Source: a virus. Taken from it: a DNA stretch of 6,300 nt. Numbering within the stretch: position 1 is the first letter of the stretch; every line of letters begins with the position of its first letter. The notes under the pieces are model-generated. The model did no database searches and was not told the origin of the DNA. It saw nothing but the letters and a program-made list of their open reading frames with translations. Position numbers and translations under genes: made by a program. Shown here in pieces: positions 1-5,601 of this stretch. Location: the UHGV virus genome UHGV-1436680; one strand, 5' to 3'.

Positions 1-66
1 CAAGCAGAAGACGGCATACGAGATAGGAGTCCGTCTCGTGGGCTCGGAGATGTGTATAAGAGACAG
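1..66. other. Illumina Nextera adapter (technical, not biological): P7 flow-cell sequence, 8-nt i7 index, transposase adapter and mosaic end
   Basis: 1-24 is CAAGCAGAAGACGGCATACGAGAT (P7); 25-32 AGGAGTCC is the reverse complement of GGACTCCT (the Nextera N705 index as I recall it); 33-66 is GTCTCGTGGGCTCGG followed by the mosaic end AGATGTGTATAAGAGACAG. Confidence 0.95.
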
Positions 67-237
67 CAGATAAACAGCCTTGCCAGATTCCTTACCATCC
101 CACGGCTTAAACTCGCCATTGTCCGCCAGCATCAGCGGGGTAAATTCCTGAATAACGCCAGCATCAGCGGCAAAATGTACCAGCGTCGTGGCGACCTGCT
201 GACTGCCTGCAAATAACTCAATGTATGGAGTGTCCAT
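67..237 (-). CDS. Hypothetical protein, 5' part only (57 codons, truncated by the adapter junction); next gene downstream of the capsid gene
   Basis: ATG at 237-235 (complement) sits 5 nt after GGGGGA and 11 nt after the capsid stop. The frame stays open to the insert edge: MDTPYIELFAGSQQVATTLVHFAADAGVIQEFTPLMLADNGEFKPWDGKESGKAVYL. Not in the ORF track because it has no stop. Family not recognised. Confidence 0.5.
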
Positions 238-248
238 AGAATCCCCCG

Positions 249-1304
249 TTAACCAATTTTGACGGTAACAAATTTACGAATATCTGCCGGAACCGGCTGC
301 GGTGCGCTGTGCGTCTGCACGTACTCAATCGCCGGATCGCCGTCCCCAATCCAGTTTTTCGGGTAAAACATGTTTTGCGTTGCGCCCGTTCTTACTGCGT
401 CCTGATCCATAATCGCACCATAGGCCACCAGCCCTTTATTGTTGGTGTTGCCCAGAACCAGCAAATCAGGCTCAAGGAAATATTTTTCTGTGCCGTCGCT
501 GTCAGTGTATTTGCCGGAATAGACGATAAGGGCAATATCGCCCAGATAGCCTTTAAAGCTCACCACTTCGCCCAGGTTTTTACAGGCCAGTTCGGCGGCG
601 GACTCTGAACCACGGGAAAGATCGTACAGCTCACGGAATTTTTTAAAGCTGCGTAACGTGCGCCATACCTCAGCGCCCATAATCATGACGTTTGCGGGGC
701 AACCAGCCTGATCAGCATAAAGCTCGATGTCATAGATTGGGTCGTGCATGTCTTTATCCTGCTCGGACCATTTTTTACCCTTGGCCTGCTCTATGATGCA
801 GTTTTCCGGTATTTTCCAGTCGATTTCATAGCGTTCTATGCCTTCGCCCTCAATGATGTTTTTTCCGGTCGTTATCGCATTCACCGCCAGCCATTCCACG
901 CGCGCTTTAATGGCGTTTACCTGGCGGCGCATGTTGCCAGTAATCAGGCGCATACGGCGGTAGGTAGGGTCGTTAAGCTGTGCCGGATCTTCTCCAGCCA
1001 TGCGCATGATGGTTTTTGTTGGATCGATTTCGTGCTTTGGCTTCATGTAGCCAGGTTTAATTGTGCTGGTTTCGTACCCTTTATCGCGCTGTACCTGGCT
1101 GCCAACCATAGGCGAACAAAACGCCGACATGGTGACTTCTTCAATGTCCAGGGTATCCAGCATGATGTTTTGCGTGCTGAATGTCGCCACGTTCGGGAAA
1201 AACAGCGTAGTAAACAGAGGGTTGAATTTAAAATCCGCAATATCCCCGCGATTCAGGTACATGAAAAGCTGGTTAGTGTTAAGTGCCGTTGCTTTGCCTG
1301 TCAT
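249..1304 (-). CDS. Major capsid protein, phage lambda gpE family (351 aa)
   Basis: Blocks match lambda gpE as I remember it: FKFNPLF (lambda FKFDPLF), PGYMKPKHEI (PGYVKPKHEV), GEDPAQLNDPTYRRMRL (DEDPQNLADPAYRRRRI), FKGYLGDIALIVYSGKYT (YKGMYGDVAIVVYSGQYV), VLGNT, YPKNW, GDPA, SAP. Length is similar (351 vs about 341 aa). SD GGGGGTGA lies 4 nt before the ATG. Confidence 0.9.
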   Translation of the reverse strand: MTGKATALNTNQLFMYLNRGDIADFKFNPLFTTLFFPNVATFSTQNIMLDTLDIEEVTMSAFCSPMVGSQVQRDKGYETSTIKPGYMKPKHEIDPTKTIMRMAGEDPAQLNDPTYRRMRLITGNMRRQVNAIKARVEWLAVNAITTGKNIIEGEGIERYEIDWKIPENCIIEQAKGKKWSEQDKDMHDPIYDIELYADQAGCPANVMIMGAEVWRTLRSFKKFRELYDLSRGSESAAELACKNLGEVVSFKGYLGDIALIVYSGKYTDSDGTEKYFLEPDLLVLGNTNNKGLVAYGAIMDQDAVRTGATQNMFYPKNWIGDGDPAIEYVQTHSAPQPVPADIRKFVTVKIG

Positions 1305-1510
1305 TATTCACCCCCGTGAACCTGATTCATACCCAGCGCCGCGCGTAAATAGGCGCGTACCTGCCAGCCTGTTGACGGCTCAACCATCGCCAGCGGATCA
1401 AGTCCTGCCGCAATGCCTGCTTTTACGTTCTGCTGGTGGCGTTCCTTGAGCGCCTTCACGATGTCGGGGCTTATGTACACCGAAACACCGCCTTTTTTCT
1501 CTTCAGCCAT
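1304..1510 (-). CDS. Hypothetical small protein (68 aa), translationally coupled to the capsid gene; not lambda gpD-like
   Basis: Its TAA stop overlaps the capsid ATG by one base (TAATG). SD AAGAGGAA lies upstream of its ATG at 1510. It is the first ORF after the promoter/operator region. The segment GVSVYISPDIVKALKERHQQ is weakly reminiscent of a ribbon-helix-helix strand-helix, with no firm homology. Confidence 0.5.
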   Translation of the reverse strand: MAEEKKGGVSVYISPDIVKALKERHQQNVKAGIAAGLDPLAMVEPSTGWQVRAYLRAALGMNQVHGGE

Positions 1511-1538
1511 AGTAAGAAATTCCTCTTTGACTTAAAAA

Positions 1539-1568
1539 ATCATAACTGGATGTTCATCCAGTTATGAT
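1539..1568. promoter_or_regulatory. Perfect 30-bp palindrome (14-bp arms, 2-bp spacer), candidate operator over the capsid-unit promoter and start site
   Basis: ATCATAACTGGATG (1539-1552), TT, CATCCAGTTATGAT (1555-1568); the arms are exact reverse complements. It abuts and overlaps further palindromes: TGATTATAATCA (1565-1576) and ATCATGAT (1573-1580). Confidence 0.6.
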
Positions 1569-1594
1569 TATAATCATGATTGCATTTTGTGCAA
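1567..1594 (-). promoter_or_regulatory. Putative sigma70 promoter for the 68-aa/capsid transcription unit
   Basis: On the minus strand: -35 TTGCAC (complement of 1589-1594), 16-nt spacer, -10 TATAAT (complement of 1567-1572). The predicted start near 1560 gives a leader of about 50 nt to the ATG at 1510. By-eye prediction only. Confidence 0.45.
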
Positions 1595-1675
1595 TGATAT
1601 TGAGTTGCGTTGCAAATTATGAAATGATTATCCCGATCATGTGTGTCAGTGCACCAAAAAACCTCATATGCAAAA

Positions 1676-1714
1676 GCCCGATAAGATGCCTCCTGTACTT
1701 ATCGGGCTTTTTTT
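1676..1714. terminator. Intrinsic terminator hairpin, strongest for the plus strand, possibly bidirectional
   Basis: Stem GCCCGATAAG (1676-1685) pairs with CTTATCGGGC (1698-1707) around a 12-nt loop, followed by T7 (1708-1714) on the plus strand and preceded by AAAA, which gives a shorter U tail on the minus strand. Confidence 0.6.
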
Positions 1715-1720
1715 GGGTAC

Positions 1721-1743
1721 AAAAAAGCCGGATTACTCCGGCT
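1721..1743 (-). terminator. Rho-independent terminator ending the minus-strand replication/SSB operon
   Basis: Read on the minus strand just after the TAA stop at 1749-1751: AGCCGGA, loop GTAA, TCCGGCT, then TTTTT(T). A 7-bp GC-rich stem with a T tail. Confidence 0.65.
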
Positions 1744-1748
1744 GTTGA

Positions 1749-2021
1749 TTAGCTGTCTGGGTAATTACGCCATATTTCATCGCTTACACCATCTATACCC
1801 ATTTCAGCATAAGTGCGATCTACTGCCTTTCTCAGGTCTCCGAAGTTATCCGGCGGCTCCGGTGGCTTCTGTGCCTTCCTGGAACATTCCAGCCGTCGCA
1901 TCGTAACCTGATGCCGTTCCTTGTCTGTCTCCACCAGCAGCATGACTTCACCCCATCGCGCCGATGCCCTCCGGTAAAAGCCTTTTGCCTCGAGTTCCTC
2001 CGCTATGCGGTCATGTACCAT
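1749..2021 (-). CDS. Small hypothetical protein (90 aa), possible helical regulator (ANR-family-like resemblance is tentative)
   Basis: Start chosen at the ATG at 2021, which follows GGGGGTGACG located 10 nt after the SSB stop. The 130-aa track ORF would overlap SSB by about 110 nt. Sequence begins MVHDRIAEELEAKGFYRRASARWGEVMLL...; the family call is a weak recollection only. Confidence 0.5.
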   Translation of the reverse strand: MVHDRIAEELEAKGFYRRASARWGEVMLLVETDKERHQVTMRRLECSRKAQKPPEPPDNFGDLRKAVDRTYAEMGIDGVSDEIWRNYPDS

Positions 2022-2031
2022 CGTCACCCCC

Positions 2032-2442
2032 TCAGAACGGAATATCATCACCGTAGGGGTCATCGTCTCCCGCTGGTGGCTGATTACCCTGTGTGCCTGT
2101 GGTTTTGCGTCTGTTCCCGCCAGGACGTGCCGCACGGGCACTGATTACGCTGTCTGCAATAACCTGATAACCCTGCCGCGTTTCCCCGTTCTGTCCGGTC
2201 CACTGGCTGACCTGCATCGTGCCGGATACGCTGGCAACGTCGCCTTTTTGATGTTTAGCCAGGAAGTCGGCCTGCTTACCAAATGCGATGACCGATAGCC
2301 ATAACGTAGCCTGCCCATCCTGCGCCTGACTACATGGCAACGATACCGCCATACGTGCCAGCGTCATTGGTGTGCCCTTGCTGGTCTGTTTTACCTGCGG
2401 GTCGTCCACCAGCCGCCCGTAAGCTGCTATCTGTGCTGTCAT
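2032..2442 (-). CDS. ssb: Single-stranded DNA-binding protein (SSB) homolog, 136 aa
   Basis: The C-terminus DDDPYGDDIPF is the canonical acidic SSB tail ending in IPF. The OB-fold region resembles E. coli SSB, with a Gly/Gln-rich linker (PGGNRRKTTGTQGNQPPAG). The ATG overlaps the upstream stop (ATGA at 2439-2442). Confidence 0.85.
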   Translation of the reverse strand: MTAQIAAYGRLVDDPQVKQTSKGTPMTLARMAVSLPCSQAQDGQATLWLSVIAFGKQADFLAKHQKGDVASVSGTMQVSQWTGQNGETRQGYQVIADSVISARAARPGGNRRKTTGTQGNQPPAGDDDPYGDDIPF

Positions 2443-2690
2443 GATTCCACCTCTCCGGTTTTAACGTTGATGGTTGTCACCTGTTCAGCTTCCGCAATCT
2501 CCCGCTCTGTCAGCGTGGCAAAATTTGCCGCCGTCGTGGTCATGAATGCGCTTATCAGTTCGGGATGTGCTTTCGCGTATCCTTCCCCCGCGTGGCGGTC
2601 TATCGTTCTGATTGCCACCTTTAAGGCGTGCTCTGTCATGTCTAACGCTTTATATTTTGGCTCTGTTCTGTCTCTGTGTTTTTGAGTCAT
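2439..2690 (-). CDS. Hypothetical protein (83 aa), translationally coupled to ssb
   Basis: Start chosen at the internal ATG at 2690 (MTQKHRDRTEPKYKAL...), preceded by GAGGTGG. The 114-aa track version begins inside the iteron array and is probably an over-extension. Family not recognised. Confidence 0.5.
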   Translation of the reverse strand: MTQKHRDRTEPKYKALDMTEHALKVAIRTIDRHAGEGYAKAHPELISAFMTTTAANFATLTEREIAEAEQVTTINVKTGEVES

Positions 2691-2692
2691 TT

Positions 2693-2893
2693 GCCCACCT
2701 CTACCCACTTTTTTCGCCCACTTTTTACGTTTTCCCACTTCGTCCAACGTGGGAAATTTGGGATTTATATCATCTTGTTTCATAGGTATTTTTTAGTGCC
2801 CACTTTTTGGGATATATACACGTGGGAAAGTGGGTAATTTTGTTAAAATTCCGTTAAATCGCCCACCTTTCCCACTTTTAATGCCCACTTTTT
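2693..2893. repeat. Iteron array, putative origin of replication
   Basis: Core CCCAC, usually followed by a T-run (GCCCACTTTTT), occurs 8 times in direct orientation (starting about 2694, 2704, 2717, 2734, 2799, 2862, 2871, 2884) and 3 times inverted as GTGGG (2749, 2822, 2830). Includes the inverted pair TTTCCCAC-N10-GTGGGAAA (2731-2756) and an AT-rich stretch (2757-2820). It lies immediately 3' of the Rep gene and overlaps its stop codon. Confidence 0.7.
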
Positions 2894-4301
2894 ACAGTGG
2901 TCCTACATCATCACCGTCAATGTAGATCACGTCGTCTTTTTCCAGTTTGGCTAACCATCGTTTAAGGTGTTTTGTGTCATACTCCAGCTTTTTCATATCG
3001 TCACGTAACAGCGGGATCGTGCACTTGTCGCCGTGCTGTGTGCGTGAACGTATGCATCCCCATAGCGCGGTATGGTTTTCCGTCTTGTTGCCTGCCTCCT
3101 CGATGCGCTCCAGTTCAACGGGAGGGCGCGGCTTATCCACCACCACCAGCGACGTGATTAACTCCCCGTCAGCGTCGGTAAAAAGCTCCACCACGCGTAA
3201 GTCATATGCGGCTTCTTTGAGTTCCTCCGCGTCCTTCATTTTGGTGCATGAGATAACCAGCGCTTCGCTTCCTGCGTCCTCCCTGCGTATCCGGTATTCA
3301 GCATCCAGCGAAGCACGAAATGCACTGGAACCGCGCGCGCCTTTCGTCTCATCCTTGCCGGAATGGTGAACCACCAGCACCGTGGCCCCTGTGCGTCGTT
3401 TCAGTTCGTCACAACCACGGATAAACGCCCCCATATCACGGGAATCATTTTCATCATTACCACCAAAGCAACGCGCCAGCGTATCCAGAATAATCATGCG
3501 AACAGGTTTACCCGTTTCCCTCTCCACCTGACGGGCAGCGATAACCATTTCATCAACATCAAGCGGGACCGCCGGAAAGATGGGACGGTTTACCAGATAC
3601 AGATTTTTCACCTGCTCACCGTGCACAACCTCCCAGGCTTTTACACGACGCGGAACGCCGATACCGCCTTCACCAACCACATAGAGAACAGCGCCATGCG
3701 CCACCCTGCGGCCTCCCCACTGGCGGCCCGTGGAAACGTGACACGCCCACGATCCGGCAAGGAATGATTTATAGGAACCGCTCGCCCCGTATATGCTGCA
3801 AAGCGACGATGCCGGAATAATCCCCTTTACCACGTAATCAAGCTGTGTGTCGTATCCGGTAGATCCAACGCTCATCGGTAGCGTGGTTTTTCGCTGGGGG
3901 ATTTTTTTCATGACCAGGCTTTCCCCGCGTTCCCATGCCTCCCTAAGCCGTGGAAGCTGGTCGCTCCATTCCTCCAGCAATTCGAAATTTTCAGAAAGTA
4001 GCCGCGCCTCCTGGACTCCGGCGATCGCCAGTTTCGTGGCGATGGTTAACAGCTGCGGCTCTTCAATATTTCCGGCGCGTATCACCGTCGCCCTGTATCG
4101 CCCATCATCAACAATCTGGAGGTTATCCAGTTCGCTTAACTGATAACGCCCCAGATAAACGGGAGGGACTGGATCTCCTGCTTTTTTTGCCTGTGCAATG
4201 ATGTAATGCTCTGCGAATGAATGAGCATCAATACCCGCAAAAATAATCGCATCGGTGTATTTATCTTTCGGTAATCGTTTTACGTTCGGTGCCAGTTTCA
4301 T
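2892..4301 (-). CDS. Replication protein, RepA/DnaB-like RecA-fold helicase-family ATPase (AAA_25-like), 469 aa, with an unassigned N-terminal domain of about 150 aa and a C-terminal putative DNA-binding region
   Basis: P-loop-like GASGSYKS (complement of 3765-3788), Walker B-like VRMIILDTLARCFGG, and VLVVHHSGKD...GSSAF matching the hhhHHxxK...GssA pattern of RepA-type helicases. Strong SD AGGAG 7 nt before the ATG. Start overlaps the upstream stop (ATGA at 4298-4301). Iterons lie directly downstream. No primase motifs seen. Confidence 0.8.
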   Translation of the reverse strand: MKLAPNVKRLPKDKYTDAIIFAGIDAHSFAEHYIIAQAKKAGDPVPPVYLGRYQLSELDNLQIVDDGRYRATVIRAGNIEEPQLLTIATKLAIAGVQEARLLSENFELLEEWSDQLPRLREAWERGESLVMKKIPQRKTTLPMSVGSTGYDTQLDYVVKGIIPASSLCSIYGASGSYKSFLAGSWACHVSTGRQWGGRRVAHGAVLYVVGEGGIGVPRRVKAWEVVHGEQVKNLYLVNRPIFPAVPLDVDEMVIAARQVERETGKPVRMIILDTLARCFGGNDENDSRDMGAFIRGCDELKRRTGATVLVVHHSGKDETKGARGSSAFRASLDAEYRIRREDAGSEALVISCTKMKDAEELKEAAYDLRVVELFTDADGELITSLVVVDKPRPPVELERIEEAGNKTENHTALWGCIRSRTQHGDKCTIPLLRDDMKKLEYDTKHLKRWLAKLEKDDVIYIDGDDVGPL

Positions 4302-4597
4302 TTTTTACTCCTGAATCCGTTAATCATGGTTTTCAGCTTCTGGATGTTTGCCCGTGCCCTGGCGTTGCTGGTGGGCACGTTATGCGGCGCGGTCTGTACC
4401 AGAGAAAAATCACGCCGGAACTGATAAACAGGCATCACGCAATCATATTCGTAACCTTCACGGCGGTAGGTTACGCGCCGTTCTTCCACGCCCTTAATCA
4501 TTACCGTGCCGCCGTACTGGTCGCGGTAAATATCACCGCGCGTAAATTTAGGGTGAGTGTTGCCACTGGCAGTTAAGCCAGAATATTTAAGTTTCAT
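4298..4597 (-). CDS. Hypothetical protein (99 aa); possible DUF4222-like small protein of the kind found upstream of satellite replication genes (low-certainty recollection)
   Basis: ORF with GGAGA upstream of the ATG, coupled to the Rep start by an ATGA overlap. Contains the motif RVTYRREGYEYDCVMPVYQFRRDF. Confidence 0.55.
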   Translation of the reverse strand: MKLKYSGLTASGNTHPKFTRGDIYRDQYGGTVMIKGVEERRVTYRREGYEYDCVMPVYQFRRDFSLVQTAPHNVPTSNARARANIQKLKTMINGFRSKK

Positions 4598-4602
4598 TAT
4601 TT

Positions 4603-4836
4603 TTATTCTCCGGTGTGCTGTTCGTTATATCTGTCGTGCAATGTCTCTATTTCCTGCAACTCATTTATTACAGGCTCAAGAAGCGTTATTAATGATGTAA
4701 TAATCCGCGTTTTTTTTGCATTACGTTCATTATCGCCAAAGGATTCAAGGCACATCCGCAATATTTCGTACATACCTTCAGCGTAAGCAAGGGCACTAAA
4801 TGCGCGGTCTATTGTTTCAAGATAAATATCACGCAT
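4603..4836 (-). CDS. Hypothetical small protein (77 aa)
   Basis: ATG preceded by GAGGA. The start overlaps the stop of the upstream ORF by 8 nt (ATGCGTGA). Lies in a low-GC stretch. No family recognised. Confidence 0.5.
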   Translation of the reverse strand: MRDIYLETIDRAFSALAYAEGMYEILRMCLESFGDNERNAKKTRIITSLITLLEPVINELQEIETLHDRYNEQHTGE

Positions 4837-5062
4837 GGCTTACATCCTCAGGAAATTTTCTTCTGTAACGCGCCTCTGCCACATATTCCGCATAATCGGC
4901 GGCGATATTCAGTACATCAAGTCCCGTTGATTTATATTCTTTCGTGGAAAGTAAGAAAAAAGCCGCTCTAATAAGTTCTGGCATTGACGAAAGCGCATCA
5001 GCCGCATCATCAGGAACGCCGGAAAATTCTTGTTTCAGGGAATTAAAACGATCATCACGCAT
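4829..5062 (-). CDS. Hypothetical small protein (77 aa)
   Basis: The ATG immediately follows the G9 tract (GGGGGGGGGTTATG). The ORF overlaps the 3' end of the upstream ORF by 28 nt. No family recognised. Confidence 0.5.
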   Translation of the reverse strand: MRDDRFNSLKQEFSGVPDDAADALSSMPELIRAAFFLLSTKEYKSTGLDVLNIAADYAEYVAEARYRRKFPEDVSHA

Positions 5063-5277
5063 AACCCCCCCCCATTTTCACAATCAGCAACAAGAATATT
5101 TTTAGCGTCATTCAGCGACCGCGTTGCGATGTATCGGATACATTCCAGGGCGAACTGTGTCCGGTCTTTCTGTTCTTCTCCCTGCGCAAGCTCTGCCGTG
5201 CATTCAATATCAATAAGCGCGTGCATCAGCGTAGTGAGTGCGGCGGCTGCTGCGTTCGGTGTGGTTTTATTGTGCAT
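5035..5277 (-). CDS. Hypothetical small protein (80 aa)
   Basis: Start chosen at the internal ATG (MHNKTTPNAAAAAL...) preceded by GGGGGA. The 3' end reads through the G9 tract (ENGGGLCVMIVLIP). Predicted helical; no family recognised. Confidence 0.45.
   Translation of the reverse strand: MHNKTTPNAAAAALTTLMHALIDIECTAELAQGEEQKDRTQFALECIRYIATRSLNDAKNILVADCENGGGLCVMIVLIP
5065..5073. repeat. Homopolymeric C9 (G9 on the coding strand) tract at the junction of two overlapping small ORFs
   Basis: Nine consecutive C at 5065-5073, read directly from the sequence. Confidence 0.9.
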
Positions 5278-5467
5278 AGGTTTCCCCCTGACGAATACGG
5301 GCGGCGAATACAGCAACACAACCGGACGGGCAACGGCTACGCGCTTCGCGTTCCGTCCAGGCGGTTACGTGGATGATTTGAGATTCTCCGGCACTCAGGG
5401 CCAGAAAACGCCACACAAAGGCCGTTTGTGTGTGTACAAGGTGTGGTATATGATTTACGGCAACCAT
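5267..5467 (-). CDS. Hypothetical small protein (66 aa), possible first gene of the minus-strand early operon
   Basis: ATG at 5467 preceded by a strong SD (AGGAG, 5-nt spacer). The frame is open for 66 codons (MVAVNHIPHLVHTQTAFVWRF...). The stop lies 8 nt downstream of the next ORF's ATG. Support is start context only. Confidence 0.35.
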   Translation of the reverse strand: MVAVNHIPHLVHTQTAFVWRFLALSAGESQIIHVTAWTEREARSRCPSGCVAVFAARIRQGETYAQ

Positions 5468-5557
5468 AACGGCTCCTAGTTTACGTTGTTGGTTAGAAGC
5501 CCTGCGAGTGGTAATGACACTTGCGGGGCTTTGCTTTTTTAAGTGCTCTTGTGTTAA

Positions 5558-5601
5558 GGTGACCACCTAACAATGGAAAGGCTAATTCAATAGGTGACCA
5601 C
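5558..5601. promoter_or_regulatory. Two copies of GGTGACCAC(C) in the divergent intergenic region; candidate operator half-sites
   Basis: GGTGACCACC at 5558-5567 (near-palindrome, arms GGTG/CACC) and GGTGACCAC at 5593-5601, 35 bp apart. The second overlaps the SD and start of the Arc-like gene. A weak -35/-10 candidate (TGACCA, 17 nt, TAATTC) overlaps the first copy. Confidence 0.4.

Noticed and set aside
744-1319. Plus-strand 191-aa ORF (and the 99-aa ORF at 309-608) overlapping the capsid gene
   Set aside because: Both lie antisense to a confidently identified capsid gene, have no start context, and have Cys/His/Arg/Phe-rich composition typical of shadow ORFs.
1564-1752. Plus-strand 62-aa ORF in the promoter/terminator region
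   Set aside because: It covers the palindromes and terminator hairpins, and its translation (MIIIMIAFCAMIL...) is not protein-like.
1749-2141. Full 130-aa version of the ORF downstream of ssb
   Set aside because: It would overlap the ssb 3' end by about 110 nt. The internal ATG at 2021, with an SD just after the ssb stop, gives a non-overlapping 90-aa gene.
2439-2783. Full 114-aa version of the ORF upstream of ssb
   Set aside because: Its first 31 codons are read through the iteron array. The internal ATG at 2690 with a GAGGTGG SD is the more plausible start.
2693-2893. Possible CRISPR array, because of the short repeated motif
   Set aside because: The repeats are 8-11 bp, irregularly spaced, in both orientations and without uniform spacers. 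This is an iteron pattern, not CRISPR.
3134-3142. DnaA-box-like TTATCCACC
   Set aside because: It is a single 8/9 match inside the Rep coding sequence with none in the putative origin; most likely chance.
2947-3767. Plus-strand ORFs of 140, 61 and 134 aa inside the Rep gene
   Set aside because: They are antisense to the Rep coding sequence and Ser/Arg/Cys-rich; shadow ORFs.
5030-5479. Plus-strand 149-aa ORF
   Set aside because: It is antisense to the minus-strand small ORFs that have SD/ATG contexts, and contains low-complexity Ser/Ala/Cys runs.
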